DNA of 63,429 nt, filler included, from Welwitschia mirabilis (lineage: Eukaryota), in NCBI GenBank assembly GCA_051453625.1. It is 5 parts of one record of this genome, joined end to end, with 100 filler letters (N's around TTAATTAATTAA, not from the genome) between each part and the next. Parts side by side here need not be neighbours in the genome. Positions count along the whole stretch, not along the records: positions 49,687 to 58,985 come from JBOZIK010000001.1; positions 59,086 to 62,084 come from JBOZIK010000001.1; positions 62,185 to 63,429 come from JBOZIK010000001.1; 2 more parts are not named here. One strand, 5' to 3'. A program made the position numbers and the translations under genes. Each line of letters opens with the position of its first letter. Position 1 is the first letter of the stretch. The notes beneath the pieces were generated by a model that made no database searches, was not told the origin of the DNA, and worked only from the letters and a program-made list of their open reading frames with translations. Shown here piece by piece: positions 54,050 through 63,429 of this stretch.

Positions 54050-54790
54050 ATTTTTGGTTAGTTGTTTTGATTTCTATTAGGTTTATATTTATGTAAAATA
54101 TTTTTCTTTATTGTTTGATTTTTATAGAGTTTGTAGACATAAAAATGGTAGATCTAGATCTATTTGCTATACTTTTTATTATTTAATATTCATTTGGAAT
54201 TAAATTTATGTAAAAATAATGAGTTTATGCTATGCTTTTTGTTTATTTATTTATGTGTATTTTTGTAAAAACTTTTTTTTTCATTGTTCAATTTTCTCAA
54301 AGGTTGTAAATATAAATATAGTAAATTAAAATCTATTTTTTATCTTTTAATTTTTGGGTTTTCATTTAGAGTTATTTTCATATAATAGTATTTAATTTTT
54401 ACTATATTTTTAGTTTTTGGATTTTTCTGTATTTCTACAAATTCTTTTTTTTCATTGTTCAGTTTCTATAAAGGCTATAAAAATCAAAACCATAGATTCA
54501 TATCCATTTTTTGTAGATTTTATTTTTGGGTATTTAGTTAGAATTAGTTGAAGCAAAAATATTAAGTTTCTATTCCATTTTTAGTGTGTTTATTTATGTC
54601 TACTTCTATAAAATGTTTTACATTGTTTGATTTTTGCAAAGCTCTAAATATAAAAACAATATATTAAAATCTGGTTTTTTCACTTCTTAATGTTCAATAT
54701 TCATTTAGGATTTGAATTTTGCAAATATATTAAATTTCTAATATATTTTTAGATTATGCATTTGCTTATATTTCTGAAAAATGCTTTTCA
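54050..54790. repeat. Degenerate tandem array, ~170-bp unit x ~4
   Basis: Anchor ATTGTTYRATTT...AAAG...TAAA...ATCTATTT recurs at ~54110, 54282, 54453 and 54621. Confidence 0.7.
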
Positions 54791-55039
54791 TCTTATAAAT
54801 GTTCTTAAAGGAAGTTAAAATGTTGCCACAAATATTACATTTATTTCTGTAGCTCATGTATACATTTCAAAATTAGCTAACTCTATAAGCAAAGGATGCT
54901 ATAGTAAAAAAAATAAAATTTTAAATCTTTTAATAATAATACTTATAATCCATGGTAAGCAGATTTAATAGTTTGCTAAATCTCTTTGTCTATGATAAAT
55001 TACTTTAGAGTTTATGTTTATCTTTTAAAATAAAATATA

Positions 55040-55467
55040 TGTAATAAAAAATTGTAAATTTTACTTCTTTTAAAGTTAAACCTAATGAGTTGTCTTATTT
55101 TACTTTTAGATATACCTAAATTTGTAAAACCTAAAATGAAGATGCAAAAATGGATTTGACAAAGTGAATTTCTTTAAATAAATTATCCAATATAGGAATA
55201 TTAAAATATTTTCTAAATTTTAATAATATAAAAATTTGGAAATATTACCTTTTTTAAAAAGCTAAACCTGATGAGCTCTTTTGTACTTCTTTAAGATGTG
55301 CTTAAATTTGTGAAAGATAAAATAAAATTGTGAAAATGGATTTAGTAGATGTGGATTTATTTAAATAAATTACCTTGTATAAAGGGTATTAATATTTTAT
55401 TTAGACTTTATTAATAGGTTAAAAATTTAGTAATTTTACTTCTTTAGGAAACTAAACCTAAAGAGTG
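55040..55467. repeat. Degenerate tandem array, ~186-190-bp unit x >2, cut by element D
   Basis: TAAACCT(A/G)A(T/A)GAG at ~55077, 55263 and 55453, with colinear TAAATTTGT...AAAATGGATTT...TTTAAATAAATTA blocks. Confidence 0.75.
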
Positions 55468-56997
55468 TGTTGTGATGGCAATTTTAAGGAATTTGATGGT
55501 GTATTTGAGTACTTTTGCAGGATATTTATATAGGTTTAGATGCAATTCTGCTAATTATGGAGAGACAATAAGATGATCATGAAAAAATGTAATTCTTGAC
55601 ATAATTGAAGGTATTTCAAGCATGTTTTAATATTTAGCATATTGAAAGAGGACTAAAGATGAAGAATACTAATTTTTACTACTTGAGAAACTTGGAAAGA
55701 GTGTCATCCCCAATGTCATCCCCACGACAAAGGCGATGATAGTTCATTAACACAGCTACAAAGGAGTAGCACATGGGCAACATTTGGATAGCATAACATA
55801 ATGGCAGGAAATCATCCCTTTGATCATCTAAATGATAGAAAGATGATGGATGTTAGGACAACACACATAGCTGATGGTAGCACATGGGCACACAGTCTAA
55901 AGTGTTATTCCCTACGTCATGTGGATGACTGACAGGACAACAACCTCGGTAACATACACAGGTAACCCACGGAGCTAATGGTATCACATGGGCATACAAC
56001 CCAAGGTAAGAAGGTGGTGTCATCCCTACTATTATGTGGATGACGAATAAGACAATAACTGTTTTTACACTGCGGTAGTAAATTGCATTGTAACGAGTGA
56101 CAAACGGGTCATGTGGATGGCTAGGATTTCCTTAATGGACGTCTAAAGTTACAGTTCATTGTAAAACTATGAATACCCCTTCCCTCCTTCACTTCTAACC
56201 ATCTTTTTTACTTGATATTCTTATGACAGAAGCTTGAAGGTAGGAGGTCCATCCAGTAGCTGCAGAAAGGGATTTCCTTGGTGTTAGGATGTGTCTCTTC
56301 CATTAAGGAGCTATTATTCTATTGTAAGTCGATGTAATGTTCTTTTTATTAATACAAATACTCTTTCATTTCAATTTTGTGAATGTCTCTTATGCTTTAA
56401 GTTGATCATAGTTAAGTAACAGTTTTATGATTTATTTAGATCATGAGAGTAACCTTTATGAAGGTTGACCTTGATTAGTAGTAGGTTTTGCATTACATTT
56501 CCATATTACATTTCATGTTCTACTTGATAGTCTTTGTGATAGAAAGGCTGAAAGCTAGTCCTTGTAATAGAAGGATTAGGATCTAAGTAGANNNNNNNNN
56601 NNNNNNNNNNNNNNNNNNNNNNNNNNNNNNNNNNNNNNNNNNNNNNNNNNNNNNNNNNNNNNNNNNNNNNNNNNNNNNNNNNNNNNNNNNNAGCTAGTCC
56701 TTGTAATAGAAGGATTAGGATCTAAGTAGAATCTCATCTCATTTCCATTTTCATTTACTTGCATTTCAACTTCATTTTGTATTGCATTTACTTTACTATT
56801 TTCTTTTAGTTAGGTAAAAGATAAAATACCAAAACTACCTTTGGAAATCAATTCTCTAACTCTGAGTCTAATGTCTTCGTTGGGATTACGATATTTGGGT
56901 AAACTCTCGTCTATACTAGCATGTGTTTTTCTTTAAGTTATATGATTTACAGGTTTACCTAAAGAGCTTCATGATTGCATAAATTTGTAGAATAGCA
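55468..56997 (+). repeat. 5' LTR of element D (contains a 100-N gap)
   Basis: TG...CA termini, homologous to 3957-5334 in inverted orientation. Confidence 0.88.
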
Positions 56998-57020
56998 TTT
57001 TAACACCATTGCTGGCGAAG
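56998..57020 (+). promoter_or_regulatory. PBS of element D (degenerate tRNA-Asp type)
   Basis: TTTTAACACCATTGCTGGCGAAG directly after the LTR CA. Confidence 0.78.
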
Positions 57021-58985
57021 GTCGCAAGGAGCTAAGAGGATTGTCATTAATTAAATAAGTACCTTAAATATTTTTGTTTAGGATATTTATTTGAATTAAT
57101 GCTATATTTTTAGTGTATTTTAATGTAGATTTATTTTCTGCAAAATTTTGTTTTCTATAACTTTTAGAGACCCTATTGTTCTCTCTGTTGTACAAATGAC
57201 ATAGGGCACGACACTTCTAAAAATTTGAATTTAGTTTCTCATAATTTTTGTTCTATTTATAATTTATTAAAATTGTGATCCTATTCATCATTCCCATGAT
57301 AGTGAGGATGAAAATATTAGTTTTAGTAATTATCTTTCTGTAGTCTTTAGAGTCCTGTTATTTTTAGTTCAGTTTCCTATGATTGTCGTCCTACCTGTCG
57401 TTCCCATGACAAGGTGGATGATAGTCCATTACATTTGATTCTAGTTTTTGTTTATTGTTTGTGCATGCAGAAATACAACAAATTCTAGGAGAAAGATGAA
57501 ATATCAGTTAACAAGGAACTAAAACATCAAGAATTATTTGACTTCAAATAAGAATCCAGGGATGCATAACATAGGTACACAAATTTTAAAATTTCTTTCT
57601 TTTTTCTTTCTATTTTAGAATTAGGTTTTCTTTTCTCTATGTAGTTAATTTGCAATAATAATGTTACATCTTTTGGAGTATTAAGAAATAGTAATCTTAA
57701 ACCATCCAAGAAGCTTGATCTTCATTGTGTACTTATCTTCCTTACCATTCTAAAATTAAACTCTCTTACTCTATTCTTGTTGCTTGTTTCAATGAATTAT
57801 AATAGAAAATCTGTTGTAGAACTTCTTTCTGAAAGGAGAAGAAACTTGCAAAATGATGAGGACATTAGTAAGAAANNNNNNNNNNNNNNNNNNNNNNNNN
57901 NNNNNNNNNNNNNNNNNNNNNNNNNNNNNNNNNNNNNNNNNNNNNNNNNNNNNNNNNNNNNNNNNNNNNNNNNNNATAATGTTACATCTTTTGGAGTATT
58001 AATAAATAGCAACTCAAACATCCAAGAACCTTAATCTTCATTATATACCTATCTTCCTTATAATTTTGAATCTAGACTCTCTTATTCTATTCTTCTTGCT
58101 TGTTTCAATGAATCATAATAGAAAATCCGTTATAGAACTTCATTCTCAAAAGAGAAGAAACTTGAAAAATGATGAGGACATTAGTAAGAAAACACTTCGA
58201 GAAATCTTTGCTGAAAGAGAGAGGTCATCACAAAACCATGTTGAAAATAGGGAATGGACCCATTCTTCTTTTTAACCTAATTATTCTTTTTCCTCTTCTT
58301 TTCAAACCTCATTTCAAAATAATGATGAAGGTTCACCATATTGTAAGGATTCCAGCTCATTTAGACACACCTCTTACAATCATCCTTCTTAATCCGAATC
58401 ATCTTCCATGCCTTACTACCAAGAAGAACCATTTTACATCAACTATTATGAAGAAGAAAAAGATCAATTAGGAGAAATTATTTGTGAAATGACAAAGATT
58501 AGTTAAAATCTTGCAACAAAACCTATTAAATATTTAAGGATCTTTCATAACACAACATCCTCACAACTATTCCACTCCATTTTATCTTAAGGAAAATGAA
58601 AAGAACTTAGAAATTATGATGATGATTATTCTTACTTTTAACTTAAAGATGTATTTATGAATTAAACTTTAACATCCTACTCACTAGGAGATAAGCAAAA
58701 AGGAGATAATAATGATACAAATCAACATGTCAATAATTGGGATGAAGATAACCACTTACTAGAGAATGAGATTGAGATATTAAATTATATCCCTGCCATT
58801 CATCTTCTATTATACAATCAAGATGAGGAATCCAATCATGAGAAAACTAAAAACTTTTCAACCAATGATGAAGATGATGTCCTTATTTCTCTTGATAATC
58901 TTTGTGATGAATTTAATCATTTAGAAAGTGAGAGTAATCTTCAAAAAGAGAAGGAAGATATAGTCACAACTAATAAAGATGAAAG

Positions 58986-59085
58986 NNNNNNNNNNNNNNN
59001 NNNNNNNNNNNNNNNNNNNNNNNNNNNNNTTAATTAATTAANNNNNNNNNNNNNNNNNNNNNNNNNNNNNNNNNNNNNNNNNNNN
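58986..59085. other. Artificial scaffold spacer
   Basis: 44 N + TTAATTAATTAA + 44 N. Confidence 0.97.
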
Positions 59086-59161
59086 ATTTAGTGATTTCAA
59101 AGATTTAAACAATGTAAAATCATTTACTAAACATTTTTAAGAATACATTAAAAAGTCAAAA

Positions 59162-59372
59162 ATCTCCCCCTTAGATCAAGACATATACATATGTAAGCAA
59201 AAGGTAAGATAGGTACTCTTTCACTAAATAGCACAAAATCTTCAACAATTATAATAAAAAGAGTATATTGCATTTAATATTGAATTGAAAGCACTACATT
59301 TTCTCTCCCCCTTTTGACATTAATGGAAAATAATAATCATACTTAAGAACTTTTGAAACATATTCTCCCTTT
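59162..59372 (-). promoter_or_regulatory. Multiple polypurine tracts (Sirevirus-type)
   Basis: Minus-strand AAGGGGGAGAT (~59162-59172), ATGTCAAAAGGGGGAGAGA (~59302-59320) and AAAGGGAGAAT (~59362-59372). Confidence 0.75.
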
Positions 59373-59877
59373 ATGTGTTTACTAAATGATAAATAATGAT
59401 AAGTCAAAAATTTTTTAAAACACATTGAGGCATTTTTAATAGATAAATTGTGCTTTTAAATGAGATAGTCCTGAATATGCACAAAATTCTACCAAAATTA
59501 CTGATCAAAACAACACTTATGAATTACATATTTAAATGATACCATTTGAGAAAAAAATATAATACCAAATGATAATGTAACATATGATAAAAACATTATA
59601 ATTCATTTTTGCTTAAGACGATAATTTTAATTTTGCTTTCCAAAGAATATAGCATTCAATAATGTCAAAATAATGCAAATATTAAGCTCAAACATAAAAC
59701 TGAATTTTATTAACAAAGATAAACTCTTACAAAGTTTCATACTAAACAAGAAAGAAAGAAGTGCTCATCAAGAGCATACATCTAAAAAATTTCACAAATA
59801 AAGGCACAAAACTCTCTTTTTAATAACAAGAATAAAGGAGAGAACAACATTATAAAGATCTAAAAGGTAAGAAGAAT

Positions 59878-60902
59878 TTAATCTGATTCCTCCTCCTCTT
59901 CTTCTTCTTCTTCAGATTCCTCCTCTGAATCTTCTTCATCTCCTCCAATATGAGAAGAGCTAGTACCTTCAGATGAGGTATCTGTAATGTCATATCCAGT
60001 TGCTATAAGTTCTTCTTTCATATGTCTGGTGCAAGGTTTAATCCATTTCAAATATAAAAGAGTCTCATCTAGAGATGTTACCTTTAGGGTTTTAGAAGGG
60101 GATTTCTTCAAAAGAGAAAAAATATGCATGCAAGACAAAGTCGCATGCCCAATGGGTGACAGGGGATGAAGAGTCTTCAAAGAAGAATGCAAATTAATAC
60201 AAAAATGATGACAAATTTTAGTGGAAGCACAGAGTAGGGTAGAGCCCTAGTTCTATGCTACTCCAACTATGAAGCCATATTTTTTAATATTGTGGCAGGA
60301 GCATCAATAGAATGCTTAGATCCTACCAAATACATCAAATAAGATTTATAGCTAGAGGCCTCATCACGATGGCCATAAAGGTATAACATTATAAGTAAAG
60401 ATCAAGTGGATAAAGTGATATTTAGGAGTTAATATAGAAGTAGAAATAGTGTGCTTTTAAGAATGCATTTTACTGCAAATCTCTCTGTTAACTGCTGGCT
60501 TGTCTTCCATTGTGTCCCTCAGAGTCCAAAATTCTTCATAGTTTCCTTGAGGAAGATTGGTCAACTTAGAAATAAGATTTGCTGTCACTCTGATCCTTCT
60601 ACCCAAAACTAGGGTTTTTAAAGTCCTAGTATCACAACTAAAATTATCATTACAGTAAAACATTCTAGTAAGAAAAGGATATGCAAAACCTAAAACATCC
60701 AAGAAATTGTCCAGATATTGATCTCTCAAAAACCAAATAATATCTCTTAGCTTTCTAAGCTCTGATGAAGCTACAGATCACTCTTAGCACACAAGTTTCT
60801 TTTCAAACTTCTCACAGAACTTGTTCAAGGCTTCTTCAGACATTCCATGGAAGAAGTAAGAAGGTTTCCTTGAAGGCCTCTCCTGGAACTGTTGGCTGCC
60901 AT
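59878..60902 (-). pseudogene. SIRE env-like / extra ORF with acidic C-terminal tail, disrupted
   Basis: ATG at 60902. The frame continues SEEALNKFCEKFEKK...FAYPFLTRMFYCN...VLGRRIRVTANLISKLTNLP and ends in a D/E/S-rich tail (ORF 59878-60192). Internal stops are consistent with CAA/CGA > TAA/TGA. Confidence 0.7.
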
Positions 60903-61204
60903 TCTAAGACCTTAAAGAAAAGAAAAACTAAGAAAAACACTAGATCTAGTTATAAATATTTCTGAAACTTAAAGAAACTCACGAGATCTGAAGGCTTGAA
61001 GATACAAGAATGAGATAAAAATGGTTAAGCTTCTAGTTCTTTTATAGAATGAAGAGAATAGGGTGGATTTTACAAAGAAATCGGGTCCACTGACTGTACT
61101 TCCACAATGTAATCCATTAGATCCAGTCGATTAATCCAACATCCGGTTGACCCATCCTAGTCGATCGACTACATCCGATATAGATCTGATCGACCATCCT
61201 ACAA

Positions 61205-62084
61205 TTAGCTAAGAGATGGTATACCGAACTCTAGATCACTTTTATGATAGATAAAATAATTATGAAAACTGGATTTTACATCATAATTGACAGAAAAACA
61301 TTTAATTTTTTTACTATCTTTCTTGAATTGTTGATTTGTATGTATTGATTGATCTAGAGTTTGAATATCTAAATTATAAGCATTATCAACACATTTTTCA
61401 CAAAAAATAACAACATTTGTTTTCTTATTCTCAACTATACATTTTAATTTATCAAAAATTATTCTATCTCCTTTGTCATACAATTAACAAATGCTTAGTA
61501 AATTGTGTTCTAAGCCATTTACATAAAGTACATTATTGAGATTAGATGACATACCTCCTTTGATTCTTCCTGTACCTTCTATTTTTGCTATTTGGTTATT
61601 TTCAAACATGACTTCTCCTCCATCAGTGCTTTTTAACCTTTAAAAAATTGATTTATCTCTTATTATATACATTGAAAAACCTCTATCTAGATACCAGATT
61701 TTCACATGATATTATCTACAATTTATCTGTGACACAAATCTTTTGAGATTATTAGCTTTAACCCACTTAGTCTTATTTGACTTAGGTGGTATTTTTTTTT
61801 TTTGGGGATAAATTTAAATGGTAAATCATTCACATTATTAGAGGTAAATATTATATATCTAAATTTGTAGAATAGTTTAGAATAACCAAGTCTACCACAA
61901 AAATTGCATAAGATATTGAACACAAACTTGCTTATTTGGTTTACTTGCTTTTAAGAAATCTGTGCTTTAAAACTAATACTTGATTTGTCTCCATTTTTCT
62001 TTCTTGTTCCAAGAATCTGTTCTAGTTGAGATGAACCACTAGAAAACTTATTTACAAAGAATGAAAGATTATTTACTTGAGTAT
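61205..62084 (-). pseudogene. gag-pol: Copia gag C-terminus and aspartic protease, ending before integrase
   Basis: CNFCGRLGY knuckle remnant (ORF 61723-61923). IWYLDRGFS...GGEVMFENN...NVLYVNGLEHNLLSIC.LYDKG is read from ~61700 down to ~61470. Confidence 0.85.
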
Positions 62085-62184
62085 NNNNNNNNNNNNNNNN
62101 NNNNNNNNNNNNNNNNNNNNNNNNNNNNTTAATTAATTAANNNNNNNNNNNNNNNNNNNNNNNNNNNNNNNNNNNNNNNNNNNN
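62085..62184. other. Artificial scaffold spacer
   Basis: 44 N + TTAATTAATTAA + 44 N. Confidence 0.97.
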
Positions 62185-62430
62185 CTTTAAAGAGTAAAGC
62201 CCAAGAGGCTTGGGCACCTTTACAAGCTCTTCATCTTTCTGAATAGCAAAATCATGATTCTCCAAAATAGCTGTAATAAGGCTGTTGAAAGGAAGACTAT
62301 TGTAACTAGCGAGGATGAACTGAATCATATAAAACATGATAAATTTACACAAATTTATGCGAACACCTATGCTAAGATAAAACAGAATAGATGCACACGC
62401 AGGAGAAACTTCATTTTTGTGTCCAAGTTT
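62185..62430 (-). pseudogene. Fragment of a second SIRE env-like ORF between gaps
   Basis: FIMFYMIQ...SLPFNSLITAILENHD resembles the LP(Y/F)..LIT.IL motif of such extra ORFs. Confidence 0.5.
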
Positions 62431-62530
62431 NNNNNNNNNNNNNNNNNNNNNNNNNNNNNNNNNNNNNNNNNNNNNNNNNNNNNNNNNNNNNNNNNNNNNN
62501 NNNNNNNNNNNNNNNNNNNNNNNNNNNNNN

Positions 62531-63330
62531 ATAGACTTTGCTTACAGACGAGTATCCTAAAAATATACCATTATCTGATTTTGATTCAAACTTGCTAGTG
62601 GGATACTCGTTTTTAAGAATTACACATTTACTTCCAAACACTTTGAAATAATTCACATTAGGTTTCCTTTCATATAGAAGTTCATAAGCTATCTTTGAGG
62701 TGCTTGTCCTGAGAAACACTCTGTTTGAGACATAGCAGCCTGTGTTTACTGCTTCTGCCCATAGGTTATGAGGAAGAGAGTATTCACTGATCATAGTTTT
62801 AGCCATCTTGATTAAGACACAGTTCTTTCTTTCTACTATGCCATTTTGTTGAGGTGTTCGAGGGGCTGAATATTGATGTGATATTCCATTAAATCTACAA
62901 AACTCATCAAATTTATCATTGTCGAAGTCCCTCCTCTATTAGACCTGATGGTTTTGATAGGCTTATCTAATTCCTTTTGAACTTTCTTTCGGATCTTTAC
63001 AAACATTTCAAATGCTTCATCTTTGTGAGTTAGAAATTCTACCTAGCAAAATCTTGAAAAGTCATCTACTATTACCAAGAAGTATTTTCTTCCCCCGATA
63101 CTTCTCATCTGAACTGGACCTACAAAGTCCATGTGAATTAGTTCTAGGGGTTGGGAGGTACATATATCTTTCTTTTTAGGAAAACTTGATTTTACTAACT
63201 TTTCTTTTAAACAAGATTCACAGACTTTGGCTTGATCTATCTTAAGCTTTAGAATGCCCCTTACTATCTTTCTTGACGAAAGGATCTTTAGATCTTTCAA
63301 GTTCATATGGCCAAGTCTACAGTGCCAAAG
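62531..63330 (-). pseudogene. pol: Copia (SIRE-like) GAG-pre-integrase and integrase core
   Basis: LWHCRLGH...VCESC...PLELIHMDFVGP...YFLVIVDDFSRF, SAPRTPQQNGIVERKN and LWAEAVNTGCYVSNRV...FKVFGSKC...GIFLGYS. Confidence 0.93.
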
Positions 63331-63429
63331 TATTGCGATGCCAATTTGTGGGAATTTGATGATGTGTTTTGAGTAATTCTGCAAGGTAGTTATTCAGGTT
63401 TTGATGCAATACTGATGATTATGAAGGAA
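63331..63429 (+). repeat. Start of another A/B-family Athila LTR inserted into the copia integrase
   Basis: TATTGCGATGCCAATTTGTGGGAATTTGATGATGTGTTTTGAGTA... matches 55468 onward and the reverse complement of the 45306 end. Confidence 0.88.

Larger units (their letters stand above)
55468..58985 (+). mobile_element. Element D: A/B-family 5' LTR, PBS, 5' UTR and atypical internal region; truncated by a gap
   Basis: LTR is the reverse complement of the A/B LTRs (TGTTGTGATGGCAATTT...AATAGCA). PBS and leader (GGTCGCAAGGAGCTAAGAGGATTGTCA) match A and B. Confidence 0.85.
59086..62084 (-). mobile_element. SIRE-like copia internal segment: gag end and protease, motif array, env-like ORF, multi-PPT region; no INT/RT/RH
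   Basis: One gap-free contig with a WYLD.G protease, an extra ORF and repeated AGGGGGAGA tracts. Confidence 0.8.

Noticed and set aside
56553..56730. 39-bp direct repeat flanking a 100-N gap (similarly AACCTAT around 51573-51582)
   Set aside because: Identical overlap of contig ends; a negative-gap artefact.

Overview
Very AT-rich, CpG-depleted plant-type nuclear DNA made almost entirely of nested, decayed transposable elements. I see no host gene, RNA gene or CRISPR array. One Ty3/gypsy Athila-like family (tRNA-Asp-type PBS, ~1.36-kb LTRs) has four independent insertions: element A (1-5334), full-length element B (34592-45306, perfect ACCAT target-site duplication), element D (55468 onward) and an LTR start at 63331. 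B sits inside the gag of an older Athila-like element C (24606-46635). C's 5' LTR is in turn interrupted by a SIRE/Maximus-like Ty1/copia element. More SIRE-like segments (env-like ORF, multiple PPTs, protease, integrase) lie at 59-63 kb. There are also relics of a Tekay/Del chromovirus, a Tat-like integrase, a CACTA end, tandem arrays and microsatellites. Almost all reading frames are destroyed by C>T/G>A transitions. Several N-gaps, including artificial 44N-TTAATTAATTAA-44N spacers, limit what can be said about contiguity. The best leads for something undescribed are: (1) an inverted-repeat-bounded non-coding block conserved between two diverged Athila elements; (2) a SIRE derivative with no INT/RT that keeps an env-like ORF behind an LTR-like internal motif array and TATA box; (3) a gag-deleted derivative of the Athila family. 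All assignments come from reading motifs by eye, not from database searches.
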